64,000 nucleotides of DNA from the NCBI GenBank assembly GCA_964019425.1, contig OZ025791.1, positions 310,001-374,000 on the forward strand, in the 5' to 3' direction. Positions 9,584 through 23,462 of the stretch are shown here, one piece after another. Made by a program: the position numbers and the translations under genes. Below the pieces are notes generated by a model. It did not search any database, was not told where the DNA came from, and was given only the letters and a program-made list of their open reading frames with translations. Origin of the DNA: Flectonema sp. DT1601. Its lineage: Eukaryota. Position 1 is the stretch's first letter. The number at the start of each line of letters is the position of its first letter.

Positions 9584-11837
9584 TTTCGGCAATACAACTA
9601 AATCCCCCCAAATTTTCTCCCCACGAAAAGAAATTACGACAGACCCCTCCCCGAAAATTCACTTCCAAACACCCGGAAAAGAAATACCTGAGGGGAGGAA
9701 GAATAAAGCGGTAAACTTTTACTGACACAATAATTATCACTGCTTACGGATCACAAATATAATCTGCAACTAGGAATTGCATTGTCACTAAGTAACTGAA
9801 CTGAGTATTCAAAAGTCAACAGGACCTGTCCAGTTGAAAAAGTGAACGCCGCCAGCGATCTTCTTGTTTTGAAAACAACGCCGGGAAATCTGCATGCATA
9901 GTAATATATGAAATACGTTTATTTTAATTCAGAGCCAATTAGTTCACATTATCCGGAGGACTACATGAACCTTATTGACCAGAGGAGACATGACATACCA
10001 AAAAAGAATAGTAATTAGTTATAGCTGTTAGCGAGGTTACCGTAGAGTAATTTGTTAGTGAGAAAGTCCAGAACTGATGACTGGAATATTATCAGAAGAG
10101 GAACCAATCACAGAACTATTCTCAGACACTAACAGATTGAAATACAAAAATCGAATAAAAGAAAAAAATGATCAGCTGGTTTAACTGTTTTGGTATACTT
10201 ACAATGTGTTGTATTGAAGTTAACTAAATAAATAATTAGTAATATACACCGTAACAAAAGGTAGAGGATCAGGGGATTGGGGAAGGGGAGAGAGTACTAC
10301 TCGAATATAAGCCAGTGTGCCTCCTTTGGCCACTGGCAGACTGCAATCCGCAGGCCCCACTGTGATATGTATCAGTATGAGTGTTTCACTCCAAGTTTGT
10401 TCCTCCTTTGGCGTCCTTTGGTGAGAAATAGGTCTCCTTTCAAAAGAAATAAAAGGAGAATCGCCATCAAAAAGAACAGGATTGACTGCATCGAAAGCTG
10501 AAACCGACAGTAACTGCCGTCACACAGAATAGTGATGAGTAAATCAGGAGCAAAACTTACAACGTGGTTCACTGGGCTGGAGTAGAGTCTTGATAATTTA
10601 GAGCGCTATTGCTGTTTTCTAACTATCCACTAGAGGCAACTTGTACTTGGCTTAGCAGACAAAGAAAAGCAAAAGAACAATACTAGCAGTGTTTTCTTCC
10701 GGCAAAAAAAAGAACCGGCACCTCACTAAATAATTCTCACAGATTGTTTTTGCTTGTGTGCAACCGAAACACGCTAAAGTAAGGGTGTTAACGTTACGCT
10801 CTTTCGCTCTTAAAACATGTCTTCGAAGGGCCAAAAAAAGGGGGAAAAAAATTCTATTTCAGAAGCCTAAATTGAAGTCTCCTGTTATGTCCAGGCGTTG
10901 CATTATTTCACGCTCGTAACGGCGCTTCAAAATGCGTGCATTTTAAAGTTTCTTTAAGCCAAAGGTAGCGTAAAATAAAAACAATGATAAAAAAATAAAA
11001 CAAACCAAATAAAATAAAGTAAAATAATCAGATGTATCTAATTCCGTCATACCATGCAGTTCATTTTATTTTCTGAAGGCTTTAACAAGGGAAGGCACAC
11101 ACGAATAACTATACCAATTTTGGTAGGGACAGAATCAAAAAAGAAGACAAGATACTTTTTATGTCTTGCTCCTGACTAAACAGGAGTGTTTAAACACTTC
11201 ACGAAGGTGGATTCATAATTGATGACGGGAACGTAAATTCCCTTCGTGCATAACATTAAAGAAAACTGGTCACGATCCTTTATTCGTTTCTTAACTTAAT
11301 TTAAAGTAAAAGAAGAAAAAGAAAATCAAGGATAATGAAAGCACAAAGAAAACACTAAATACGAGAAGGAACTCTAACTACACCGAACTACCATACCACG
11401 TTTTTTATCAACAAAGGCTGTCTACAAACTTAAAAAAAGAACAAAATGCACCACTGACAAGAAAATAATATAGAGAGTATCATCAGTGCTTTATAAAAGG
11501 GGGAAAGAAAATTGCGTTGCATGCTTACATGGAGTGTTTGCTCGGAAATTTTTTATTCGGAAATTTAATAAGAAAACTTCAAAAAACAAATAATCATCAA
11601 ACATGCTGCGCAATGCGACGATAAAGCTCCGAAAGAGCAGCTGCTATAACCAGTAACTGAAATCATCTTTTGTTGAGTGAATACGTAAGATATGATACGG
11701 TTCACAAAGGGAATAAAATAAGCGTTTTAATAAGCACCTCAAACTGTAAGTTAGGGGAAGAGAATAGTAATCGTAGCTCCCTATCCTTAAGGATAAGGAA
11801 TAAAAAAAAAGAAATATATCCAAGAACAAAACAAAGG

Positions 11838-11873
<36 letters not shown>

Positions 11874-12011
11874 CAACATTCGTGAGACTGGATCTCTTCA
11901 GCTGTTTTTTTTATTTATTATTTTCTTCTTTTAAAATTTAAAAAAAAAAAAAAAAAAATCGCTGATAGTCAAATGAATAAAACTACATACGCAGCTTCAC
12001 CTGATGTTCAC

Positions 12012-14588
12012 CTAGGTAGAGTGTTGAAGCGGACGTTGATCAAACCTCCTGAAGAGACCAGAGTGATTAAGCTCATCTCTTTCATTCAAAACGCCGAGAA
12101 TCTTCCGAAGTTGTAATTGCAAATGTTCCGAGTTTGAATTCTGAAGGCTACTTTCCGTTTTAGAAAGGTCTAACGACTGAACATAATTCTGTCGATACTG
12201 CCCTGACGTTTGTATAATTTGTTCTTTATATACTTCCTCATAGAAAACTCTAGAATAATACATTGAGTCTTTCGTCCTATCCGACGTTAGGTACCAAGTC
12301 AAAGCTTTTACTAAGTACTGTGCAGTTTCATCATCACATAGCCCGTCAGTGACCATAAATTTCGCGATAACAGCAGTACTGCAGCTTGGATACTGACATT
12401 CATGTTCCAATTTGTTTGCATGCTCTGATGGCCATTCACGATCAAAATCAGGAACTCCATTTTTAACGATGTATGTTTCGTTATTTACAAGGTTTCGTAA
12501 GCATGCAGTTATTTTTCGAATAGGAATATCATTTATATAAGCATCAAAAAAACCACTTTTCATAGGACCAGAAACTCGATGTGAGTACCTAGACTTTAGA
12601 CCACAGATTTTAACCCTGAGGTAATCTTCTGCTAAAAGAGCCCAGTATTTCATTTGCGCTTGGACAGGAGCCGATCCAATCGCAATGTCCTGTCTTCTTT
12701 TAGCATTATTAAAACCATCTGAGATTATAGAAATCACCATATTCAACAACAACAACCAACATAAGAAAATATACGACCAAAACAAGATGGTCGTGAAGAT
12801 GCTAAATTTCCACAAGTCATGGTCAAGAAACGAACTATAATCAAAATCTCCCAGCAACCATCTCAGTAGAAGTGTAAATGCCAAACTATAAGTACTAAAT
12901 TCAACAATATACGGACCAAATAAAGTCATTCCACAAAGGGCATAGGCATGAGTCACAAGAAAGATATAAATTAAAAGTGCAATGAGATCGGCACTCGCTT
13001 CTTTGATAGTTTCCGACAGTAGATTGAGACGTGGGGACAATGACACGAATTTAAATAATCGAAGCCACGATAACAAAGCATTGCATGAAATAAGCAAACT
13101 AGTTTGTGAATAGTGATTAACATAACACAGAAGTAATCCATATACTTCACCTCTGTAGATTTCGTCTTTCTCACTTTCAGTTAGGCTCATGAACGTGGAT
13201 TGCAACTCCGATGGCAGTTTTCTATCGTCATCTGGCACTACCATATCAACGTGACCAATTCTCATAAAAGTGAACTTCCACACGAATACATACATAAAGA
13301 ATGACAAGTTCACGAGATCAAGAATTGTCCACACAGACATCGCCCATCTGATGTAATTCTTTTCAACAACAATTTGCACGAAAATAGACGCCAAGAGCTC
13401 ACCTAAATTATAACTTACGAGGATGAATAGAAGGAGCTCTAAAACATTACCCACGCTGGCGATAAATCCAAACCACATAAAAGGAGTAAACACAGCCTTC
13501 GCATATAAAACTCCTTCGCTATTAAACTCGACGCTAAAGCGATGATGTAGAAACCTAGAGACTGCCGGATTATAAGTAAACCATGAGATTTCGACCTGCC
13601 TTGTGGAAGCGTCAATCCAATTGTTGGCTTCGTAGCAGCTCATCTTTGCGGTAAAATTTGCTTTTGGTATAGATGGATCGAGATCGAAGTAGTAAGCATG
13701 GCGAGAATAGGTTGCAAACCGACCCGTCCAGTCAGGAATCTTTCTGACAAGAGCAGGAACTTGGGATGCATATGCTCCAAGATTTTGGGGTTCGTTAGTA
13801 AAACCAGAACGATTGCCAGCATCACAACCACATGGAAAAGGTGACGCAGAACTAGCAGCACACTGATCATGATTATGGATAGGTACCAACGGATCATCAT
13901 CCTCAGTTTTACTCGAGTAATCTGGATAGCATCCCCCGAAATGAAGGTTGAATTTATCATCAACAAATCTATTGGCGTCAGTACAATGATCCGAATCATT
14001 TTCCACTCGTCGTTGAGAGATTCTAATAACACTTGGAAGAATCTTATTCTGCTGCTGATAAGTATTAAGTTCGTTTTCGAAAAGGGATTGCATTGTCTCA
14101 GCAGACTTTACCCAATTCCAGAAGTCACCAATTTCTTGGACATCAGTAAACGTCTTCTCAAAGTATAGACCTGTTCCTCCCTGATCCCACTCTCCGTCTC
14201 CAACAACACCTCCAACAGCACTAACTAGGTAGTAACGAGAGTAGTCAAGGTGTTGAAGAAACATCACAGATGTGAATAGAGCTAGAAAGACTAATTGAAC
14301 AGCAAGTCCACGATAACCAATATTTATTTTGTGCTTACGTGTCAGCCAGTAAATCATGAATTGAATATCCTCAATGGAGTCAGGTATCTCCTGCTGATCC
14401 CAAGTCTCGGGTATCTCTTCCGGCTCATCGGGATCTACTTCAATTAAATCTTCGACTTGTTTTCTTGGTTTAATTTTTTCACGTTCTTCTTTCTTAATAC
14501 TGTTCTCATGGCTTGTTGTAAATAAAGACTTCCCACCACCTACTTTTTCTGTATCCTCGTAGTCAGGTGCCTTGCAATCCGTTACCAT
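12012..14588 (-). CDS. Polycystin-2 (PKD2/TRPP)-like cation channel, intronless
   Basis: S1 is followed by a large extracellular TOP domain (DFWNW, RISQRRV, CYPDYS, NNWIDASTR, YNP). Then WTILDL, five more TM segments, pore LLGDFDY and LLNMVISIISDGF. Confidence 0.92.
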   Translation of the reverse strand: MVTDCKAPDYEDTEKVGGGKSLFTTSHENSIKKEEREKIKPRKQVEDLIEVDPDEPEEIPETWDQQEIPDSIEDIQFMIYWLTRKHKINIGYRGLAVQLVFLALFTSVMFLQHLDYSRYYLVSAVGGVVGDGEWDQGGTGLYFEKTFTDVQEIGDFWNWVKSAETMQSLFENELNTYQQQNKILPSVIRISQRRVENDSDHCTDANRFVDDKFNLHFGGCYPDYSSKTEDDDPLVPIHNHDQCAASSASPFPCGCDAGNRSGFTNEPQNLGAYASQVPALVRKIPDWTGRFATYSRHAYYFDLDPSIPKANFTAKMSCYEANNWIDASTRQVEISWFTYNPAVSRFLHHRFSVEFNSEGVLYAKAVFTPFMWFGFIASVGNVLELLLFILVSYNLGELLASIFVQIVVEKNYIRWAMSVWTILDLVNLSFFMYVFVWKFTFMRIGHVDMVVPDDDRKLPSELQSTFMSLTESEKDEIYRGEVYGLLLCYVNHYSQTSLLISCNALLSWLRLFKFVSLSPRLNLLSETIKEASADLIALLIYIFLVTHAYALCGMTLFGPYIVEFSTYSLAFTLLLRWLLGDFDYSSFLDHDLWKFSIFTTILFWSYIFLCWLLLLNMVISIISDGFNNAKRRQDIAIGSAPVQAQMKYWALLAEDYLRVKICGLKSRYSHRVSGPMKSGFFDAYINDIPIRKITACLRNLVNNETYIVKNGVPDFDREWPSEHANKLEHECQYPSCSTAVIAKFMVTDGLCDDETAQYLVKALTWYLTSDRTKDSMYYSRVFYEEVYKEQIIQTSGQYRQNYVQSLDLSKTESSLQNSNSEHLQLQLRKILGVLNERDELNHSGLFRRFDQRPLQHST

Positions 14589-14771
14589 ATTTTATTGTTT
14601 AACTGCGCGCAAAACTCAGTTTTTTAGTTGTGAAAAAATTGTTTCTGTCAAAGGTAACCCGCGGCTATGTCTTTCCTTTTTTAAATAAAAAATTGAATTC
14701 TTACTATTCCGAACCAGAACTCATACTCGGCACTCTTCAGAAACTTTGAATCCCCAATTGCCTAATGCTGC

Positions 14772-15331
14772 TTAAAAATACTTTGGTCGGGGGCTGGAAA
14801 TTAAGTGATTTAAACAAAAGAGAAGTAAATAACATACCACGGTTGTTCGAGTCTGCCGTCTAAGTAGAGAAGGTCCTTAGCTTTTGTTTTTATCCCGGTG
14901 ACACCAGCAAATGGAAGTGCCTGAAGTAAGTCTCCAGCAATCTCATGACCGGGTGTGCGCTGATCAGCTTCGAACGTTGTAAGGGTTTTTTGAAGGGATG
15001 GGAATTCTCCTACGAATCTCGCTGCTATTTCCTCAGCATCCGTATTGAACTTTGCGATTTCTTTATTTTCCACTGCTTGGATATCTCTCCTGCATAGCTC
15101 TCCAATTATCGCTAACGTTTCCCACCTGACGACGTGCCCTTTCTTACCGATGTCTTCTAAGACTCTAACTAAACCTTTTATAGCTTCTTTATTCTCTCTG
15201 AATGCAGCTTTTACCTTTAGGTCATGTGACACTGAAAACAGTGTAGCGATTGCTTCGAATCTCGCATCTGTTGAACTAATCAAATCAGTAATCAAATCTG
15301 AAACACATCTTGGTGGCGGAAAATCGTTCAT
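14772..15331 (-). CDS. Hypothetical alpha-helical (ARM-like?) protein; probable intron 14794-14837 (44 nt)
   Basis: 173-aa ORF with protein-like composition ending at a GTATGT donor. TTTCCAG acceptor gives ...EQPCPRPKYF*. No family recognised. Confidence 0.6.
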
Positions 15332-18300
15332 TTTATAACAATGAGAAAGCTTGAATAGAAGTCAGTTGGTTGTTAATTAGTATGTCAAAGTTGCTGAAAA
15401 ATAGGAAGTTGTCAAGACACTCACATAGTTATGCTTTAAGAACTGTCTTAAGAAATAATTATAATTAACAAACTTGGGGTGCTTGTCATCTTCAAACTAA
15501 TTTTTTTTTTTGTTTTTATGGGTTTAGTCTTTTTATATATGTATATTTTTTTTTCTTTTTTCAAAAAATTAAAAACAAAAAAAAAAAAAAAAAAAGGGAA
15601 AATATAAAAAACGGAAAAAAGATAAGGGGGGGGGGGCTGAAACCAGAATAGAGTTTCATTAAGGAACAAAAAAAAGAAAGGGATTCTCTTTAAAAAGGGG
15701 GGAAAGATAAATGGCTACCCGGAGTATCCCTCTTGATTTCAAGCCATTTCAGCTCTACTTTCATCAGACACAACAAAAGAAGTGGCTTTACGAGTAATTG
15801 ATTAAACGAGACTAAACAAGTTTCGCGTGCTGCCAACATTCTTTTTTTTTTTTTTTTTTTAAAACACTTCCGATGGTCAGTCAGAAGTAATCTAATCACT
15901 GGTATAAAAAAAAAAGCCTCAATTTGACATTCCTTTTTTTTTTTTTTTTTACGTCGACCCATTTTTTCTTAGGGTACAAAACTGATCTTGTTATTCAGTC
16001 ACTAAGAAGAAAAAACATTTTGATTCGAAGAAAAAGTAGTTTTCATTTTTTTTTTTCCTACCGTCAAAGTTTGAATGTTGGCTTTTAAATTGATCTTTGC
16101 AATAAAGAGATAAAAAACAACAAGAAAAAAAGGAAAAGAATAAAAACGAGAACGAGTGATGCAGCGAAAAAAAGATGAGAATCTAAAAAGAACAGATAAT
16201 CAACAAAAAATGAAAGGAGTAAGAAAAGATAAATAATAAATGAGTTAAATGAATAACACCAGTTACAGCGACAGGCTCTCTCTCGATGTTGACAACTCCC
16301 ATTCAGCATTAAATAATGCGCAGTCTAAGTGAGACCAGATGCGCGATGCAAAAAGCCGTCAACTACAGAGTCAGTGTCTACTGTATTGAGCAAGCTCAAG
16401 ACCGTATGTTACTCAATGGTAAAACTTCACCTCCGAACAGCTACCCCGCACTGCCATTACTGTGACAACGCTCTCGTCCATCAGGCTGATTAAGCACTGC
16501 CAACAATAAAGCGCAAACCTACTGTGAGGGCTTAAACAATTGACCAAAGAAGTAGCCATTGTTTTTGTTGAGGAAAGACGAAGGGAATCTAACCAGGAGA
16601 TACTTCTTTTTTTTTTTTTTTTTTTTTTTTTGAAAAGAGGGAAGCCTAACTCCATAAACGTCCATTTCAGACAATTCTTATAGCAGAAAATCCTTCACAA
16701 GTTTCAAGGAAGAAAGAAGGCCTTACCTGTCGGTTGTCTATTAGAATCGTTGAAACTGGAGAGACTTCATTTTGCTTTGTGAGTGCGAGTAGTAACGGAA
16801 CCTCCTTACGACTAAAATAAGACAAAACTACGCAACGCGTTAAAAGGTCAAGAAAATGTAGGAACGAATAAGAATTAGCTTCAAGCAACCGAAAGAAAGG
16901 CATGCGTGTTCCAAGAATAAAAAATATTTGGTTTTTAATTTCAAGAAGCTTTTGAGGCTTAGAAATGTATGTCGCAAACACTAACACTCAACATTGTGGA
17001 TCGTAAGCCATTAAATAAGATGGCTTACGCGGTTATACTTTCAGCATTCCATTCTTTTTTTTTTTTTTTTTTGCACATTGGAGTCCGTTTGGACTTATTT
17101 TTTTTTTTTTTAGAATTTAATAAAACCTATTGTTATTGCAAACGAAACCAAAAAAATTTGCGTGTGATTTGCGGGAAATTCAATCCCAACGATTGCAAAT
17201 GAAAATATAAGTATTATAACAAAATGACAAATAAAATACTGCTTTAACGGAAACTAACAAGCAGTAGCAAAGAAAAAAATAAAGAAGTTCAACTGAGTGT
17301 GATTCCGCAATTTTATCCAGCACAGCTGGAAGGAAAGATCAGTAATTACGTGTACACTTCAACAAGACGGAAAAAAGGAAAAAAAAAGCGTTTTTTATTT
17401 TGAATTTTAAAATAAAATATCGCGTTTGTAAGAGTGGTTGTTTTGTCAAGTGATTCAACAATGGGTAGATCGATACCAGAATTCATTGTGACCTCTACCC
17501 ATGAAGCTTTTTGCGCCCACAACTTAATAACTTAGTGATACTACCTACAATGAATCACAAGAACTGAACAACACTATAACAAATCGGAAGTAAAACGATC
17601 ATTTGAATGCTCATCTTCCGTATCCGTTAACTCGTTCTATAAAAATAATGTAAAGGAAAGTGACTAACAGATGCACGTGAATGATTATCAAGTGCTGACT
17701 GTAACAGAGAAGCAGATGTTGTTGCTTGGTGCGACTCTAATACTCAATAATGTATTAGTCTGCCCTCCTGTTACCTGAAATATGGATAGTGCCATACATT
17801 CTCTTTATGACAGTTCGAAATAAATTGTCGAACCAAAGAAAGAAAGCAGAAGGAAAAAACAAGACAACATGAAACTTTTTTAGTTAAAGCAGTCAGGGAA
17901 CAGGAAAGCGACAAACCGAATGGATAACCATAAGTTTGCTTTCCGGAGCGCAGTCTATAATGAAAAGGAGTGACAAACTGTAGTTCATACACAACATCCT
18001 ACGGTTCCGGTACTCCTAACAGAAATATTTATTGAGGACAAATATTTATTTTGGAAATATCAAATGGCACGCAAAAATCAATAACAAGAAACGATAACAG
18101 CGAAAGCCTAAGAACAGGGTTACTGCCACGTTACGGTTACACTATCAGAAGAAAAAGAATCATTGCTGTCGTAGGTCGAAGCCCAAGAGAAAGTAAAATT
18201 ATGTCACCACGATCCCGAATCAGTAAAAGCCTGAAAAGAAAGCATCTCAGTGGCCTAACTGTAAATGTGAGAAGGAAGAAAAAACAAAATCAAGAATTAC

Positions 18301-21300
18301 CGGTCGTGTCCATCTTATTCACATGAAGGAATGCTAAATAAGATAAACCCACACCCATCCCCTCCATCTTTTTTTTTTTTTTTTCTTTTTGAAGTCAGGG
18401 AAGTCAAAACTCCTGGGGAAGCCCACAGGATCTAGAGGAAGGAATTCGGTGTACCCATAAATTAAATTCTGAACGTCGCGATGATATTTTCCAAATACAA
18501 TAATCAGCTGTGAAACAACAAAAGAGGCTTAAAATGCTTAGAAAAAATAATTTAGTTGACTTACAGAAAAGAGTGGCAACTAAAGTGTGAAGAGAGGAAA
18601 ATAGAACAGAATATTGAACTAGTTCCCGATTGACTTTGCGTGTAGTCAGCACGCGTAATATTATCATTTCGAGCGATTAAAGACCATTCTTTCTCGTGAA
18701 AGTGAGTACAACAGGAAAACTCACTTTTTTTTTTTTTTTTTCAAGTTGACATTATTTAGACACATTTTTTGAAAAAAAAAGCAACCGTTTTGAGAAGTAG
18801 TTAACCAGAGACTATCAGGAAAGTATCTGCTCGAGGGCGAGCAGGCTAATCACATCACGTAAACAACTTCACTATCTGACGTTGGTTACCACTAGACGTT
18901 CTGTTAATTGAATAGACCTGCCAACACTGTTCAATGCGAAACATAATCAAAGAACATTTTTTGAATGGTTGTTTTGTGACATTATAAAAGATGTTTCGGG
19001 GTAATAGACAGCGATAAAGGGTAACTGGTTGACAACAAATATGTTTCAGTTACAATGGTAAATAACAAGGTTAGAAGCACAGAGATCTCAACGATATAAA
19101 AGAAATAACGACATGTCTACATCGTGGGGTTCTTTTTTTAAAAAAAAACCAAAAAGAAACTCTGCAAAAAAAAAAAAAAAAAGAAAAAAGAAAACCTGAC
19201 TGACTACAACAAAACAATAAAATCAAAAAAGAACAAAATTTGAAAATAAGTCACACCAGATTTTTGTTTTTTAAAACAATTTTTTTTAATAGATTCTTCT
19301 TCTTTTTTTTTTTTAAATGTGTTATGTAATAGTAGTGAATGGCATGATAAAAAAACTGCCACAATAGAAAAATAATCTAAGCAGGATAAAAAGACTCCGC
19401 TCAGGTGCACATAACCGCCAGTCATCTACCCAACAAATTGTTATGCAAGAAAGTGACTTCAACAGGAAAATAATCCTGTGAGAGGATGAGAGGGAAAATA
19501 TATGTATTATCCAAAATAAATACATGTAAAAATATACTATGAAGGTACTAGTTTAACTTTAATGTAACGGTGCCTACATCCCAGTAAAGGAAAAAGGATC
19601 AAAATAATTGGTTTTAGGGAAAAGGCTTTTACCAAAAAAAGAACAGTATAAATATATATTTTTTTTTTTTTTTGATTTAATTGATTTGCGCAAGAAGAAA
19701 GACTAATCAGAAGAATATGGTGCTCAGATCGGAAAAAGGGTACGAGGGAACAAGTACCTATTACTTTCTGTTTTACATCGAAATCAGGGAATGCTCACAA
19801 GGGTATCTGTCAGTGCGATACCAACTGTGAAGAGACGTTTGCTTATCTACAAAGCAAACGAGCACCTCAGAAGAGGCAAAACAGATGGGTGTCTAACCTG
19901 CAGCAGTTGAAATTTAACGAGATTCTTTACTGTACAGAGAAACATGTAAACTTGCAATCCACACATGTAGAATAAGATTCAGTTGCGTGGTTTCTTCACA
20001 AACCTAATAAATATCTCTTCTTTAACACCAGGAGTTCTCTCTCCTGAATGGGAGTTTCGATGTAAAAATGCACAATTCTATACTGTAGGCCAACCACGTT
20101 CTCTTGGCAACGAACACATACACTGTAACTGTAACTGACTATAAACAAGTAGCCAGTGTAGTATTTATGTGTTGTCATTCCTTTATTTATTCACAACTCC
20201 TCGCCTTATGGGAAGTGTTGTACAGACTAATCCTCGCACGTCATATATTTAGAAGCAGTTCTTAGAATGCAACAGCTAACTACTAAGAAAACAAAAAGGG
20301 CGAAAGGTGGGATAGGGAAGGTTCGTAGTTCAAATATTAAATGCTACGTGTGAATAAAAGCAAATGTTATTATTATTACAAAACTCATTTGCAACCAAGG
20401 AAGCGGGGACAGGAAAGATCTTATGTTAATTTTATCGGACCACCCTCCCCGAGGACAAAAGCTGCATCACTAGAAAACAAAGTTGGAAAGAAGAACAAAA
20501 AAATATCCTCTCATTTACATACCCCTGGTGAGTGCACCACTACAGTGCACTGCCATTACCAGGATTAACTAACACTGAATACAAAATCAGTTTACGAGGA
20601 AGAATAAATAAAATAAACGAAAGAAAGAAGAAAAAAATACAACAAGGTCGCAGCTTTCTGTAGAACGTTTCAGACTACTGCTGTTAAGAAAGTTTGTTAC
20701 TAACCAAGCTGTTACGGAGAAAACTCGCAGAAAAAAAGACTGTCACGTCTATTCATACATTCTGTGTGGAAGACAAATGAGGCTAACGATCGATTCGAGG
20801 AAAGGAAGAACAAGATGAACAGTACATCATAAAAGAGAGGGCGGGGGGTAAATTGATACTTTTTTTTGAGGTCTTACACACTGAAGAAGGGAAGGGGGAT
20901 TTATTACGATACGGGGGAATTTTTAATACGATACGAAAGGATCTCGGGGAGGTAACTTGATACTGTAATTAAATAGAGAGCGAGGGAATTCCAAGGAAAC
21001 GATGCGAATATATTTTACTCAACTAAATAAGTTTTTTTTTTATTGTTTTTCCAGCTCTTTTTTCTCATTGATTTTTTTAAGCCTAATAAATTATCGGCTG
21101 ACCAAGCCGAATATCAAGCAGTCAACAAGATGAAAGGCTGACGGGAGCACTCAGAGGCCAACTAACTGTACCATTCGCGGTAGATAGGTCTCTCTTACCA
21201 GTTAAACAAATCGTTGCTGAGTAGGAATAATCATCTTTACTTTTTATGTTCCCCCCTAATTTCTCATTTTTCTTTTCTTTTTACCTTAATATTTAGTTGC

Positions 21301-23462
21301 CATTCAAAAAAAAAAGAACATCATTGTTATTGCGTTTCGTTTACAATAGGGAACTAAAATAAGTAAAAATGAAAACTTACACCATTATAGTTACATTCAA
21401 CAAAGAACGCTAAAAGTCGATGCCAAGGAGGCTAAGCCCACATGAATGAGCCTTGCGTTAAATAGAGTGAGATAACAAGAGAATAAGGAAAGAAAGAAGA
21501 GGGATATAGAAAGAGAAAGGGAAGAAAATGATAAATACGAAATGGGAAACCTGCAACACCCCTTCTTCCATCCTCATTAGTTAAAAATGCGAAACATCAA
21601 CATGTATTGTTTAGTGTAGTAGAATACTATTCCTTGGCAATAAGAAATAAACTGATTTCGCTATAAATGGGGCAAAATCAGTTCTTTTTTAGACAGGGCG
21701 CTATGCGCTATAAATTGTAACTTCTACCAGACTAAGGACGCGTAGAAGTTGGGATGCAGTGCGGCATGAAACTAGTCTTTTGCGCCTCTGTCGCAAGGGC
21801 GTAAAACATTAGGAGTGGAAAAAGGATATCCAGGCAGATAAAAAGAAAACAAATAAAAAGATTGGGAGAAATAACATTAGAGGGGATTATATTAATATTC
21901 GTTCGTGCTGATACCTTAGTTATACATGGTCTTAACACTTGGCACGCGTGTTTCTTTTCTTTTTTTTTTTTGTTTGTTTGTTTATATGGGGAACGCTCAC
22001 ATCCACGAGACTCTCACCACAAGCACGAGGCAAACAGCATAGACCGTTTTCTTCGCTTTTTTGTTTTGTTGTAAACAAAAATACAAAAAGCTTTATAAGA
22101 AAGTGGGATACGGGAGTGAGTTTGATGTAAAACAGCAGCTGGGGGGAAGTCCCTGCTATTCTTTTGGAATCTCCTTGCTCTTGGTTTTTCTACACGAGAA
22201 GAAAAATCAAGCAAACTTGATTGTTTGTTTAAATCGAGTTGTGAAGAAATGATTTAGAATAATCAATTGGGAGACTAATAAACCCACAATGACATATTCA
22301 CACTAAGTTGTAACATAACCAGGGAAGGGGAGACAGAAACGATACTCTGTACCTATCCTGTACTTGTCCCCTTATCATATTTCCTTTATTCATTTCCTCC
22401 AAAGGAGAAGGTTAGCACCTAAAAACTATCAGGTGTTCCATCTCACTCCATCAACTGTTTTATTTCATTGTATAAAGCAAAAAAAGGAGGCAAAATAAGG
22501 ACCTGCAAACTCTGTTACGCTGGAAGTAAACCTACAAACAGCTAATCCACGTATTTTCATATAATAACCGATGCTCGTGATCACAATCCAGAAGGATTGT
22601 GAAAAAAAGCTTCGGCAGATATTAGTAAACAGCAGGTAGCTGTTACTTTCTTCTTCCTAAAATGGACAACAACAAAAGTAATTGACAGCTGACGAGAGCA
22701 GTTATTCAGATTAAGCTGAAGATTATTGTAGTACTAAACCAATAATCCACGTGTCAAATTTAATTGCGACTGCAATTCGGAATGCCTGTTAGCTTCACCG
22801 CTGTCAAGGTGTTGAACGTAAGGAAATGAAAAATACATCAGCTCCAATTGGTATTTCCAGCATCAGAATTTGGCAGATCCTCCCTACGCTCAAGGTATGA
22901 TCCTTTTGCGATCGGGTGACTAAATTTTGATTGATAAGGATAATAAAAGTAAGTAAACCATATTAAAAAGTCATAATTGGTGGTAGAGGGAGATAAAGGA
23001 GAATGAAAAACAAAACAAGCCTCTCTGTAATAACAGAAGCCAATGTATCTTATTGACAACAGTCATGAAAAGTCATGCATTTGTGTCTATTTTTATTATG
23101 CATATTCAAAAAGTACGGAAACAACAAGAAATGTCTCACGTTTAAAAAGAAAATTAACTCAATATTTTGGTTGAACCCCATATATACTTCTTTCACTCTC
23201 AACTAACTAGATAGCAACACGAGACGTTAATATTTTTACGTGCGGGGGGAAGCAGAAAAGAGGCCCGCAGGCACTCGATTTATGCTAATCTACCGTCACT
23301 TTGAGGTAAAACAATCTCGCGAAGCAACGCAATTGCGAAGCATATTTTATATTTAATATCATCGCACGAATAACAGACTGAATGGAAACATCCACTATAG
23401 GAAAGATATTCTAATGCAATCCAAGCTGTACAGCTTAATAGATGTAATCATAAGAAGATGGC

